A DNA stretch of 64,000 bases from the human T2T-CHM13v2.0 reference genome, Homo sapiens. Under the pieces are notes generated by a model. The model searched no databases and had not been told where the DNA came from. It saw nothing but the letters and a program-made list of their open reading frames with translations. The position numbers and the translations under genes were made by a program. The DNA is taken from assembly GCF_009914755.1 (NCBI RefSeq), contig NC_060927.1; one strand, given 5' to 3'. Numbering within the stretch: position 1 is the stretch's first letter; every line of letters starts with the position of its first letter. Shown here one piece after another: positions 25,165 through 38,344 of the stretch.

Positions 25165-25990
25165 GCATGAAATAGCTGCATTTTATTGTAAATTGTTAGC
25201 TATATTATGAAAATCAAGCACTCTACTTCTGCATAATACCAAGATAGCATCCCTCCCTACTTACTGGCTGAGAATCCTGCTTTAGGCTAATTCTCCAGAT
25301 CTGAAAATAAAGATTCTACTGCAAGGTTCTGCTAAGGATGACAATCATGAATTTGCTTTGATAGTTGCAAATGCAAGTAATTAAAAGATAGGCCCCTGCT
25401 TCCCCTTCTTTCTTGAGTTAGTGCTTCAGGGCAAAGGATCAGAAACTCCCCTGCAGAGCTGCCCTAACAATGTTTAATGAGCACTAGGGAAAGCTTAGTT
25501 TTTTATGCCTAAGGCTTCACCACTTTTACTGAGTAGTAAGATCAGAAGGATTGCAGCCTAAAAGGTGTTCTTCCTTATGACTCCTGTACACCTTCAGATT
25601 CCACACACGTTGAGGCTCTCATTAAGGTTGCGGTTGTGATGCCTGCCTCAAAGGAGGGGATTGACAGTTATTATGATCAACAGGGCTGACAGTTTGGATT
25701 TTGGCTTTTTCAGTGGTGTTGCTTTAATATTCAGCACAAAGTCTTCCAGCTGCCACCTGTCCTCACTCATCTGTAGACTGGAGGTCTCTCCAGTAGGGCC
25801 TGGCCTTGCTCCTCCTTTGACCACTGCCTGGCCGTCCTCATTCCCATCCTGGGGTGAGTCATTATCTCTGGTCCTACTTTGTATCAAGGAGTTCAAGAAG
25901 GTTTTTGTTCTATTTGGACACTTGCTTTTTTCTGACATCAGCTGAAATCTCAATGACTTCACAACCTTCCCTCCCTCCCCTACTCATCAA
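25165..25990 (-). other. Unique mRNA-like segment: possible retrocopy fragment or terminal exon, parent not recognised
   Basis: GC-richer than its flanks. 104-aa minus ORF (25648-25962), then ~460 bp of UTR-like sequence and a minus-strand AATAAA near 25182-25187. No clear poly(A) or TSD. Confidence 0.25.
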
Positions 25991-26104
25991 CCTGGGTGCC
26001 AATTGATTCCAAGTCCTCTGAAGAATTCTGTCGTCTTTCTTTGCCTTCTTTTAGATTTTTTTCCTTACCCTCTCTCTAATGTTTGTGTTTACTTTTTGAA
26101 CTTT

Positions 26105-26693
26105 TAATCAATATCAAATAAAAACAAATCTAGACTTAAGTAAGGAGATACTTTATTGCAAGAGGGGGAAAGAGACCTTTGCAACAGTGGAAGGGACACT
26201 ATTGCAATAGGGAGAATGCTTGGGCCATGAGATCGGCAAGCATCTGAAAGGTTGGTCAGATAAGCCTTGTCTTTTAGAGGGAGGAATAAACAAGGAATAA
26301 CAAGAACTAGATGTGAGGAAATAGGATGAGTGAGTGGCTGTGAAAAGCCACAAGACAAGTGAATGTTTTACACCAAGGTCAATATGCTTTTGGGAAGGGC
26401 TCTATGCTGGCCCAGACTGAGGCTGGATCAATGGCCAGGGGCCTGGAAGAAGGAGAGAAGTTAACCAATGGGGACAAAACAGTCAACTAATCATTCATAA
26501 GGCCAAGAACAGGAAGAGGAATTTGGAGCTTCTGCGTCTGATCTTGTCATACGTAGACAAGAAGGGGCATCTATGAGTCTTGCATAAGTCATGTGGGGAA
26601 GGATATTTCTTTATAATAAGGTGGTTTCCATGGAGAGATTTAACAGTCGCTGTTTCCCAGGATCACAGTGTTCACGCAAAGTTCAGTGTTGCT
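26105..26693 (-). mobile_element. ERV1-class solo LTR (MER31/MER67-like)
   Basis: aaaaacaaatctagactta.gtaaggagatactttatt...ctattgcaatagggagaa (reverse aataaa) and ..aaagttca.tgttg end. Confidence 0.7.
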
Positions 26694-27049
26694 GTTGGTC
26701 ATCCTCATTCTTTGTCCCCAATGTGACTATTCTTTTCAGAAATGTGGTTTCTGACTCCCTCATGCCTGCACTTGAGATTCACTAGGCTTATCATTACCTC
26801 TCTCAGCTCTTGTCTTACCTAAATTTTTTTCTTTGGAATTTCTGTTGCTATTATTTTAAAAAATGTTCTTAACTTATAAAAGAGTGATGAAAGTATGTAA
26901 AAGAAAGTGGAGTCAATTCCACTGAAGCCACAGGAACTGAGAGCTTGATGGGTGGCTTTCCAAATGATAATTGGTGCCAAAGAAGTGGGAAAGGGTAGGG
27001 CAGGATAATAATCATTTTTCGTTTTTTTACATGATTAAGTGAAGGTTTA

Positions 27050-29245
27050 AAATACAAAGCCTTTGGGGAGAAAAAGGTAATTTTGTAATAAAAATGCAGC
27101 ACATGCCGATGGCCTAAGAAGTATGTAAAAAATTACAGCAAAAAGTTACTGACTCTGCTTATTCACTCCCTTATTTTAGATCCATTATCCAGAAACAATA
27201 CTTTTTATGTTTTCACTTATTTATTCTGTTAGATACTCCCATATCTTTTATTAATATGCCAATAAAATGTATCTTTCTTTATTAATCTAAATAGTGTCAT
27301 TAATTCCCTGATAGGCCGGCACTACATAGTCCTATATCCTGCTCACTGCTACTTTTAGTCCAATTGATGAATGGTATAAATATATTGCTATGATTATAGA
27401 AATATTTTTATTGAAAAACAATATACTATTTTAATGTTTCTTTTCCTGTGTGGTTTTTGTTTTGTTTCCTGCAGCTCACCATTACCTTTTATTTCACTTA
27501 CATTCTTTTTTCACAGTTTCAGTTTTCTCAAATTCTCATTATATCTGGTAGTTCACTTCCACATTTTACCATGATCCTGGAGTCCTCTTTTGCCCTTCTC
27601 CACTCTGTACCATGGAACTCTAGATAAGCTTCATGACTGCCATGTAGGTTTTTCTTCTCTATTTTTTTTTTTCCAAGTTAGATCCTCTATTTTCTTGTCT
27701 TCTTTCTTGGTTTACTTTCTCCTTTTGCAGAAGTCACATTTTAAGTAACTTTCTATGAAAAGGTGATAGGGAGGTACATTGTTTGAGTTTTAAAGTATCT
27801 CCATTCTGCTCTTTTATCTAACCAGTAATTTGGATAGGTGTAGGGGTCTAACTACAAATCATTTTTCCTTACAACTTTGAAGGCATTGCTTTGAAACAAT
27901 GGCTTTCTAGCATTCAGCATGGCTGTTGAAAACGCTGCTGTAATTTCCTTGCTACTTCTTTGTTGATGGTCTGTTTTTCCTCTGGATTCCTTTAAATACT
28001 CTCTTTATACTTGGTGTTCTAATATTTCACTTAAATTTGTCTGGGTTTGGCTCCATTTTCATTCATTTTGCAGGGCCCTTGATAGGGCCTTCAGTTCTAA
28101 ATATTGTTTCTGTAATAACTTTCTCTCCTTTTTTTCCCAATCTTTTCTCCCTGAAATTCTTTTAATTGGATATTATTCTTTCTGGATTAATCCTCTGTAT
28201 TGCTCATCAGAAAAGATTATATCTTATATCTCATTTGCTTATTGTTTGATTTCAGGGAGATTTCTGTATTAAATAAAACTTTATTGTTACCTTATTGATG
28301 AATTTATAATTTGGGTGATTGCATTTTTTTATTTCTGAGAAATGATATACCTTTTTCATGTTATTTGTTTTTATAATTGTCTTCTCTTATCTGTCTGGAG
28401 ATACTAATTAGTACTTTTTAGAATTATATATTGATTTTGTTTGTGCCTGTTCTCTGAATTAGCTCTCTTTTTCCTCTGGAGTAATTTTTTCCCTACTGGC
28501 TTATCTCTCTATCTCTGTTTTGTATTGTAAGTTTTCCTTAAAAGTTTGGTAACTTCTTCCTCTGGAGTAATTTTTTTCTTATTGGCTTATCTCTCTCTCT
28601 CTTTCTCTATCTTTTATATTGTAAGTTTGCCTTAAAAGTTTGGTAACTTTTGATTGTCTGTTTCTATTTATAAATGATACAATAAAAGATGGGTACTAGT
28701 CCATTGTAGGTGAATTAGATTTTTCCATTGGTGGCCTTATTTCAGAGGGTTGAATGGAGATCTGATCATTATGCTGTGGGATTTTGCATGTGCCAAGATA
28801 TCTCTGAGGCATTTCGGTTTTTTCAGGAAGAACATTTTGATACATTGCTCAGGGCAAGACGCTTAGCTAGTGAGTTTTGATCCTCAGATGTCAAGTCAAA
28901 CTTGCATATACTAAATTTCAGTTTATCTCGCAGTTTTCAGTCTTCCTAAGTACTTGACATTTCTGAGTGGTAAGCCTCTTGGGATTCTGCAGAGAAAGTG
29001 ATTTTCCCTCACCTGTGTGCCCTTCTGTGAATGCTTTAGGTTACATTTTTTCTGTCCTCCTTCCTCAGTTATATACCTGTGTGCAGTCCTCATGTTCTAG
29101 ATATTTCTTGGAATGCATTCTCTATTCTTTCCTCCCATAGCCCTAATCTATGGATGGGTATTTATACCTTTTTTATTCCTATGGCTTTATTTACTGGGGT
29201 CTTGGTAAAGAAAGGAGATAATAATAGTCAATCTGTTACTTCCAA
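27050..29245 (-). mobile_element. Very old LINE-1-related sequence (L1ME/L1M5/HAL1-like)
   Basis: T-rich degenerate ORF1-type motifs (aactttgaaggcattgct, cttctagcattcagcatggctgttgaaaa). Confidence 0.55.
28471..28649. repeat. Diverged two-copy tandem duplication (~86-93 bp)
   Basis: ttcctctggagtaattttt...ccttaaaagtttggtaactt occurs at 28471 and 28557. Confidence 0.92.
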
Positions 29246-29388
29246 ACGTGAAATTTTGGGTTTTTCAAAGTTTTGTCCTTGCATCACTAATTTACTCAGC
29301 CTAGTCGAAAACTTGATCGTCACAAAAAATTTGCTCTCTAAATATATCCATTCAGGAATTCACAGCAAAAACTTGGAAATGAAAGTTG

Positions 29389-29922
29389 TGAAGGAGTTAA
29401 AAATATACCACCCCGAAATATGCTACCCTGGCATCTTGACTATTTTGAATTAAAAGCACTTAAAAAAAAAACCCAGCAGTTGCAAGATCATTCTGACCTT
29501 TATTCTGTTTCTTGAAAGCAGTAAATGAAGTTCCCATGTGAAAGATGCCTTCTTTAAAGCAAAGGAGAGTAGCATTCTTATAATCAAGGATGGAAAGTTG
29601 AAGCTGAGAGAAATCTGCACAGACAAATCTTATTAAACTGACCCTTATCTTCCTGGTCACTTCGTTACCCAGTTAACTACTCCAGCATAAGCCCTCTGCC
29701 TTATCACGTGTCACAACTTAATATTCTTTTTCCATTCAGTGTGCATGTGATTGACTTTAGCTGCTCCTGTGGATCTTCATTTCCTCATGAGTGCACCAGT
29801 CAAGTAAAACTTACACAAATAAATGTATATGCTTTTCTCCTATTTATCTATCTTATGTCAGTTTTATTCTTGGGCCCAGCAGGAACTCTAAGAAGTTGAA
29901 GGTAGAGTTTTACAGCCCCACA
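29389..29922 (+). mobile_element. ERV1 solo LTR (MER34-family)
   Basis: tgaaggagttaaaaatataccaccccgaaatatgc...gactattttgaattaaa start, CA end, near-match 4-bp TSD gttg/gtgg. Confidence 0.85.
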
Positions 29923-30384
29923 GTGGTTATTATGGATTTTACTTAGAATATATAAAAATTTATAATTTTTATTTAACATTGACATCATTTGACATTCCGT
30001 GTGGACATTCCCTAAACTCACAACAACATTCTGGAATCTGACATTTTCCTTCTTACAACCTCATTACAATGTTTGCATCTTGTAAGAGGCAATGTACTGG
30101 GAGTGAGATGCCTGTTTTTACTGCACTCTTGTTAAGTTAGGTGATTTGGACATATTGTTAAACATCTATTAGCTTAAATTTACTGGAGAGATTAGATTTT
30201 TAAAAATCATTTTTAAATTCTCTTCATCACTGGAATTTCACATTTCTCTAATTCTAAATAAGATGGGATATTTAGCCTGCATTCTAGAGGCCAGTCAAAT
30301 GTCAAGAATTGTGACAATGTCTGGCACAAAATGGGTGTTCAATAAATTTGACTTAACAAAAACAATTAGAATTGGAATCTAAAT

Positions 30385-32010
30385 TCACTCCTTCAACCAA
30401 TCAATGAGCGAGAGCGAGTGCTTACAGAGCGCTTTTTTTTTTTTTTTGTGCCAGGCATAATTCTAAGTTGGGGAAGAAGCAGTGAATAGAGAAAGCATGA
30501 GGGTCTGCCCTCATGCAGCATACATTCTAGTTGAAAAACACAGGTAATAAAATAGTACAAAAATATGTATTCAAAACAATTATGGTAAGGGCTATACAGG
30601 AACTAAACAAAGTAAGCAAGGCTTAGAAGATGATTTGCAATTTAAGATCAGATGCCCAAAAAAGGCATCTCCGGGGATGTGGTATCTAAGCAAAGACCTA
30701 AATGACAAGAAGGAGCCTGGTAAGAGCAGAGCTAAGAGAGAGTGCTCCAGGTAGAGGAAAGATTTACCTCATGCAAAGGTGTTGAGGCACAAACATTTGG
30801 AGTGCTGAGAAGCTGCCATTTTCAGTCTAGTGATGAGGGTGAGGTTGAAAAGGTAGGCAGGAGACAGAGTATGAAAATTTTCTAAACCAAAGTGAGGAAT
30901 TTGAATTTTATTCTCTTCAATGTGGCTTGTTAGGAGATTTTTAAGGTACATAGTTACACGAACTGATTTATATTAAAAAATTATAACCTTCTTAGCTATA
31001 TCAGGAATGAACCCAATCACTCTATTTACATTACAAGCTACTCTCATCTGACATTTTTCATCTCTCGTTTGCTTAATTTTTCTCCTTAGTATTTGTCACC
31101 ATCTCAAATGCTGTATATATTTACTTATTATTTATTGTCTGCTGTTCCAACTAGAGTGCAAGTTCTATAATGATTAGGATTTTTGTTGTTTTCACATTCC
31201 CAGCAGATGGAAAAGTCTCTAGCACATTGTGTGCTCATAGTAAATATGTATTATTGAATTAATCCATGGATTTTTAGGGGAGGACCAGGCTGAAGTAGAG
31301 CAAGAAGATCAGATACAAAGCTACAGTAAGAATATATATGAGATATATAGAGTTTTAGACAAGAATGGTAGGAATGAAAATAAAGACAAGTGGAAAAATT
31401 CAAACTTTATTTTGGAGGTATAATTGACGACATTTGATGATTGGTTGAATGAAGAAAAAGTGGGAAATATGAGGAATCAAGAATGGCTTGTAGGTTTTTA
31501 TCTAGCAACTGATTGAGATTATGGAATAATTTTCTGAAATAGGACAGTTAGAGGAGAACTATATTTTTGGGAAGATGTTAGTAAGAATCAAGACTCTCAT
31601 TTGATAGCCAAGTGGGAATGTCAAGTACACAACTGGTTAAATAATCTAGCACTCATATGAGAAGCCGTTGGGAGATAGAAATTTGGTACTTATCAGCATA
31701 AAGATGGGCTATATAAAGCTACTGATGCTAATGAGATTACTGAGGAAAGCACAAGGCTCAGGACCAAGAAATGCATGATTCTAACATTTAATTGTGAGGC
31801 CATCAAAGGAAATGGAGAAGGGCACTTGGATATTGTGAGCCTAGGGAGAGCTCTAGGGAAGAAAAGCAAAAATGGAAGTCAAGAAAGTCATGAATGGCCC
31901 TGTTGAACGCAGCTGAGAGGAAATAAGATAACTCAGAAGTGTGCATTCATGCTTGATAAGAGCAAGTGAATTGTACTGATTGGAATGAAACAAATTAGAA
32001 ATGGTTGAAA
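30385..32010 (-). mobile_element. L2 LINE (with an opposite-strand L2 3' fragment nested at ~31010-31265)
   Basis: tgtgccaggca...ctgccctcatg.agc.tacattctagt and gaggaatcaagaatggct. Plus-strand ctagagtgcaagttc...gtgctcatagtaaatat nested inside. Confidence 0.8.
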
Positions 32011-32012
32011 GT

Positions 32013-32380
32013 TGTATTAGCCTGTTTTCATGCTGCTGATAAAGACATACCTGAGACTGGGCAATTTACAAAAGAAAGAGGTTTAATGGACTTACATTTC
32101 CACATGGCTGGGGAGGCTTCATAATCGTGGTGGAAGGCAAGGAGGAGCAAGTCACGTCTTAACATGGATGGCAGCAGGCAAAGAGAGTGCTTGTGCAAGG
32201 AAACTCCCATTTTTAAAACTATCAGATCTTGAGACTCATTCATAATCATAAGAACAGTGCAAAAAAGACTCACCCCCATAATTCAATCACCTTGCACTGG
32301 GTTCCTCCCATGACAAGTGGGAATTGTAGGAATTACAATTCAAGATGAGATTTGGATGGGGACACAGCCAAACCATATCA
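32013..32380 (-). mobile_element. THE1 (THE1B-like) MaLR solo LTR
   Basis: tgtattag...gctgctgataaagacatacctgagactggg...gggacacagccaaaccatatca. 5-bp TSD aaagt/aaact. Confidence 0.95.
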
Positions 32381-32544
32381 AAACTGAATCAGAAGTAAGG
32401 AAGAAAACAACTTTCATTGTGAATAGGAGGAATAAAGACAGCAATAGAAAAAGAGGGTATATTATTTAGGAAATAGGGGGCCAACTATGGGAATAAACTC
32501 TTCAACTGACAGTGGATAATTGGGAGGTGCTCTGTGGGCATGAT

Positions 32545-32785
32545 ATAAAAACATATTAAAATATAATATTTTATAGTATTTCATATCATATATTTTGCAT
32601 CATATAATATTGTATGATATTTCATATCATATTTTTATCGTACATATTACATTATATATTTATATTTTTATATATTATACATCATATTTTATATTATATA
32701 TCATATTTTATGATATTTTATGATATTTTAAATCATAAGAATATGATTTAAAAATATCATCTGAAGAGATATTTTTATATGCCTC
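32545..32785. repeat. AT-rich low-complexity tract with a hairpin
   Basis: Degenerate catat/tattt units and a near-perfect inverted repeat at 32720-32760. Confidence 0.85.
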
Positions 32786-33893
32786 AGTAATCAAGGCTAC
32801 TTAATTTTATTATTTATTAAGATATCTTCAACTCTAATGACTGCAATATCAGATGGGTGGCATCTGAATTATCTGAATCTCTGACCCTGTGGTTACTGTC
32901 ACAAGGGAGCTTTGTCTAGAATCTTGGCTCTTCTTGGTACTTGAAACATGACTCTGAGCTTATGTTTGTTCATCTACTGTTTGGGAATAAGACTAATGCC
33001 CACCACACAGGGATTTTTGTGACATTAAATGAAATAATGTCTCTATGAATTGACTTGAATTATTTATGTCTGTACAAAAGATAAAATGAGTATTTACTGA
33101 AATATGTATGACTGTACCCAATTGGTCATAGTGCAGCTTTTATTTTCTTCCCTAAAACAGTGTTAGATAAAACATGCCTTGAGGGAAGAAAACTACATTT
33201 TACCCCTATTTGTATCCTCAGTACTCAGTAGTGTGCTTAGCTCAGAACTGGTGCTCATATATGTCTGCTGAATTAAAAAAATGAAACACCAGGCAATTAC
33301 CTGTAAATTGTAAAGCAAGAGAGAATTAGGTATAACTACATTAGTTCTGGTTTTGTAGTTCTGCCCCTGATATACTGGAATAGGGAATGGTTCCTTACAA
33401 AGGATCCATTTGGCGCTTGAATGAAAAAAGTTGCTTAGGAACACACATGTGTAGCTGTCTTTCGTATCTACCTGAAGTCACACAATGGTGTTTTTGCTTC
33501 CAATTTCCTTAACTGTTTCATTATTATTCACCCATAACTAGTCAGATAATTTGTTGTCATTTTACCTCTAATCATATTTTGAGACCAACATTTCATTTCA
33601 GTCTTGAAAGTTCATCAATAAAGGCTCTTGGATTTGATTCTGAACATTTTAGTCCTTTACCACATGTTCTAAATGAGTCCATTGTAGTTGTTGAAGATTC
33701 CTTGAAGACCAGGCATTAAACCTATCAGGAAGTCCTAAGAAACAAGACCCAAGAAAGTGCTTTCCATTGCCTCAACTTGTTAGAATTAGGGCAGAAAAAA
33801 TGACTTAAGGTTTTGGTCTAGGTGTTTGTCTCTGTGTGTTCATCCATCTTATTTTGTCATTAACTTTCCTTCCTCATACCTGCTGAGCCCTCC

Positions 33894-34140
33894 TTATGGT
33901 CTCTCCTGTCTAAAGTCTTGTGTGGTTTAAGATACGAAATGGAAGTTTCAGCAATACATTTTTCTCAGTCTGTAGGAACAGGTCTGTAGTTTAATTGTAT
34001 CCTGCACAGGGAGACACATGGACCTTTGTTAATAAATTAGATTTGGATTAGATTAGTTTAGATTTAACAGAAATAATCTTTTTCATTTGAGTGGAAACAA
34101 TTTAAATTAATGAGATAAAATATTTAAGTTCAGCATTTAT
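33894..34140 (+). repeat. Copy A of a ~247-bp dispersed direct duplication
   Basis: Aligns end to end with 37410-37657, about 90% identity by hand count. Confidence 0.96.
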
Positions 34141-36324
34141 CTCTTGCCCATTGCAGGGTTTTTGCATCTAATAAGATCAAATATTTAAAAAATGCTATGT
34201 TCTCTAAGAACCAGAAAAAGGACACTGACTGGCATTTAGAGAATATTGATATATCTATAAAAATTATTACAGAGTTTAGTGGGGCCAGATTATGTATTTA
34301 AAATTGAATACATAAATCCTGGATCTATATCAAATGTTGGCATCATGTCACTATAGTCGATTAGGTGAAATTGGTTTTCAGAAATATATACATGGGGTAG
34401 GGTGTGGGTTATCTCTTCATGTATTAGATTTATGATGTTGTATAGTTTGGCAACATATAATAATACCTTAAAACATTCACATCATTTAATTTCACTCTTG
34501 AGGATAAATCTAGAGTAAAAAATAATAAATTCCCTGCCACACTTCTAAAAACCAACACAACCAACCAATTCCCCAAATTCCAGAAACATTTAATGTAGTA
34601 ATAGTTTAAAATATTGAAAAATAAAAACAATGTCAATAGTCAAAATAGGGAGTTAGGTGAAATATGAAGCCATTAAGAGGATGTATAGTGAAGTATTTGT
34701 AGTTCTAGGGGAAAAGCTTATGTTGCAGTATTCGATATGAAAAGCTGTACACAATTTTAAAATGCAAAACAGCTCCACTAACTAAAACATACCGCAGAGA
34801 AAATAGATCAGAAGGAAATTCGCCATTTATCAGTGATTGTGTCTGGTGATTTTAATTTTTTTCTTTATAACTTTGTGTGCTTAGTTGTTGTTGTTGTTTT
34901 TTATAATGGACGAGTGTTACTATTATCATCAGAAAAAAGTGAAATAAACTTGTGTGTAAGCAGCTCAGTTTAGCGATGATGATTTATCCTCTGACATCCA
35001 CTGGTCACTGGTGATAGCCTTTTGATGTGGTGTCTTCCTGTCTGAAAGTATTTCCCATGTTCTTTAAAACCTTTGATCCCATTCATTCTGAAAGCAGCAC
35101 AACCTTGCAAGTCCTGAGTTTGCAGCTTTCTTAGGGGATTTTCAGATGTGATTTTTAAAAATTAGATGTATTTCATAAAATGTTATTTTTCTTTTATATC
35201 TTGAAATGTATTTATGCTAAAACTTTAATCACAAGCCTAGTATTGGTTTGGTGGTTATTAAGTTATTGATAAATGTCTGACAATATTAAGTTGAAATTTT
35301 TTTTTTTAGTTTTATTCTGAAAATGACCTAACCTTCCTTGGAAAAGTAAACTTCATCTTTAACTGAGATTGACACTGGGTACTACGCGACAAAATTGTTA
35401 GTATGCTCCACCTACCTCCAAAAAGGATTTGGTACAGAATTCCTGAATATATTACTGAGCTGTCTCATGGAAAATCCTAATTTATATACTCACCTAATAA
35501 CTCTTTATTACATAATAATCACTATTGCACTTTTCAAACTTTGAGACATTTTTTCATTCATGTCAAATTGAGTCATTTTTTTCATTCAGCAAACATGCAA
35601 TGAGCACCTGTTATGTAAGAGATGTGATAACAAGCAATAGATCCAATATTACAGTGTATTTAGGTATGTCAAGATTCTAATCCATTTGGTAAAATCACAA
35701 TAAAAATGAAATATGCATTTCGATTATATAAGTGCAAATATACTTAACTATACAAGGGTAGGGATTTTTGTCTGCTTTGTTTTTCCTAGCTCCTAGTAAA
35801 TAGTAAATGTTAAATAAGTATTTGTTAAATAGATGAACAAGTGAAGTGTACTGATTATGAACCTTTAAGAGGCATGTGGATAACAAGAAGGAGACATTTT
35901 GTCAAAAGTCCTGAAAATGGGAGTTAGGCAAAATGAATGTGAAGGGCAGTCCACTGACTCATGGCTAATTCCCAAGGAGAATGGAGGGCAAGCCCACTTC
36001 TGTCTATGCTGCCATAGTTTGTTCTGTCATTGCTTTCTCTCAGTGAACTGCTCCCACACATCTCCCAGTCCATGTTGCAGAGGTGCCTCTCTGCTAGTGC
36101 GGAGAATTTGCTCCACAACCTTATACACAAATCTTGCACAATGGGATGCTGCCTGTTTCTCTTGGTCCCTCCAGAAATTTAGTGTAAAAACCAGTCTTTC
36201 CATCTTTGCTTTGCTTCCATTCTCTTTGGGAGTTAGGCACAAGAAAATCTTTTTAAAATTAGCTCTTAAATTCATAAACAGACAATAGAAGACAAAGAAG
36301 CCCTTTGATTAATGATAAACAGTG

Positions 36325-36890
36325 GCATCCAGCAATCTTATTCTTTAGTATTTACCCAAGAGAGATAGAATCATATGTCCACAAAACATTTGTAAAAGAC
36401 TGTTCCCGGCAACTTTATTCATAATAGCCCAAAATGGAATCAATCTAAATGTTCTGTAAGAGAAGAATGAATAAACAAATTGAGGCATATACATACGTAC
36501 ATTAGAATATTATACAGCAATAAAAAGAAATGAACTACTGATACATGCAACAATGACATGTTTCTCAAAAACATTATGTTAAATAAGAAAGGTCAGATAC
36601 AGAAACATGTGGTTTTGGGCATAATGTTATTCCACTTACATGAAGTTCAAGAAGAGGTAAAACCAATCTAGGGTGATAGAAAGCAGAAAGTTATTGCTTG
36701 AGGGTGGAGGGGAAGGGAGGAAATGACTGGAAAGAGGCACATGAGAATTTTCAAAGGTGATGAAAATGTTCTTTGGTTTAGGGTGACATAGCCATATACA
36801 ATTGTTAGAACCTATCAAAATGAACACTTGAGTTCTGTACATTTTACTCTATATATGTAATACCTTAATTTTTTAAAATGAGAAAATAAA
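36325..36890 (+). mobile_element. LINE-1 3' end (L1MC/L1ME-like)
   Basis: tatttacccaagaga...gcaactttattcataatagccc..aaaagaaatgaactactgatacatgcaaca...ggtgatgaaaatgttct. Confidence 0.85.
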
Positions 36891-37090
36891 TATTTTGCGA
36901 ATTAAAATATAAGATAAATCCATTTAAAGTAATACGTATTTACTAAGCATGAGTATCCTGGCTGCTGTTCAAGGCGCTGGAAGTATAAACATGAACAAGA
37001 CATAGTACCTCCCCTGATGAATTCATAACCTAGAGGGGAAAACAGATGTGGAAAAACAGATATTAACCAGTATTTTATTCACACAAAACT

Positions 37091-37138
37091 TTTCAGAATA
37101 TAATATGTTTCCAGAATATAATATGTTTCCAGAATATA
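37091..37138. repeat. 19-bp tandem repeat, ~2.5 copies
   Basis: (cagaatataatatgtttc-type unit) repeated head to tail, directly visible. Confidence 0.85.
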
Positions 37139-37244
37139 CCCAGGTATAAAATGGATTATGTTTTAGAACTGTATAATAGTCATCCTAGGTAAATAATTTT
37201 ACTATTGTATGAAAAATCTTCAGTCTGCCAAATCTGATAGTTGT

Positions 37245-38032
37245 GTCGTGGTAGAAAGCCTGTAGCATGGCTCCTGAATGTGTTCCTATCCTTGTGGAGA
37301 CCCCTTCCACAATGTACCAGGTTTGATATGGGTGACTGATAACATATGACAGAGGTGAGGGTAAGTCATTTCCAAGATTAAGGTATAATAAAAAATAATG
37401 GTCTCTGCATTATGGTCTTTCCTGTCTAAAGTCTTGTGTAGTTTAAGAATACGAAATGGAAGTTTCAGAAAATACGTTTTTCTCAGTCTGTAGGAACAGG
37501 TCTACAGTGTAATTGTGTTCTACACAGGGAGATACATAGGCCTTTGTTAATAAATTAGATTTGGATTAGATTAGTTTAGGTTTAACAGAGACGATCTTTT
37601 CATTTGAGTGGAAACAATTGACATTAATGAGATAAAATATTTAAGTTCAGCATTTATATTCTGTATTGGCTACTCTCATGCACACTCTGTCTCTCATATC
37701 TCATTTTGGGAGAAACCAGTTGACATGTTATGAATACTCAGGCAGCCTTAGAGTGACCCAAGGGAAAAGAAATACAGACCTCTGTCCAATCGTCAGTGAA
37801 GAAGCGGGACCTGCCAACAACCACATGAATAAAAGCACACCCTCCCCTGATTAGACATTCAGAGGAGACTGAATCCCTGCTGACTTCTTGACTACAACAA
37901 CCTCCTGGAAGACCTTGAGCCAGACCAAGTTTAGCTACTCTTAAATTACTAACCGACAAAAATTATAAAATAATAAATATCTACTGCTTTAAACTTTGAG
38001 ATAGTTTGTTGTATAACAATAAATAACCAATA
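37245..38032 (+). mobile_element. MLT1 (MLT1E/F-like) MaLR LTR interrupted by a 247-bp templated insert
   Basis: ctgccaacaaccacatga, ctgacttcttgactacaac..gaccttgagccaga and the aataaatat..ctgctttaa...agtttgttg.ataacaataaataacc end. Confidence 0.8.
37410..37657 (+). repeat. Copy B of the ~247-bp dispersed duplication
   Basis: Matches 33894-34140 and interrupts the MLT1 LTR. Confidence 0.96.
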
Positions 38033-38263
38033 AATATGATCTTTCCTAAATGTACAAGATATGAGTTCATGGGTTAGTGAATCATTCCTGCTTTTAAATT
38101 GAACATCTCAATTTTCTTGTTTTACTAAAATACTAGTCAATGACTAAGAACCAAAGATTTATAAAAATATGGTACACCTAATTCTTATAATAACTTATAC
38201 TCAGTAAATCGTGTACTTACTCAAAAAAATTACCCCCGAATGAAAACTTATGGTATATGTCTA

Positions 38264-38344
38264 TTAGATCAATGCAAAAGTAATTGTGGTTTTTGTCATT
38301 TAAAACTAATGGCGAAAACCGCAATTATTTTTGCACCAACCTAA
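38264..38344. mobile_element. MADE1 mariner MITE
   Basis: ~80-bp palindromic element ttag...tgcaaaagtaattg.ggttttg...aaaaccgcaatta.tttgcaccaacctaa flanked by TA. Confidence 0.93.

Noticed and set aside
35899-36288. 129-aa plus ORF with overlapping minus ORFs in unique sequence
   Set aside because: No recognisable domain, non-ATG annotated start, no convincing splice signals. Compatible with chance, though a BLAST would be cheap.
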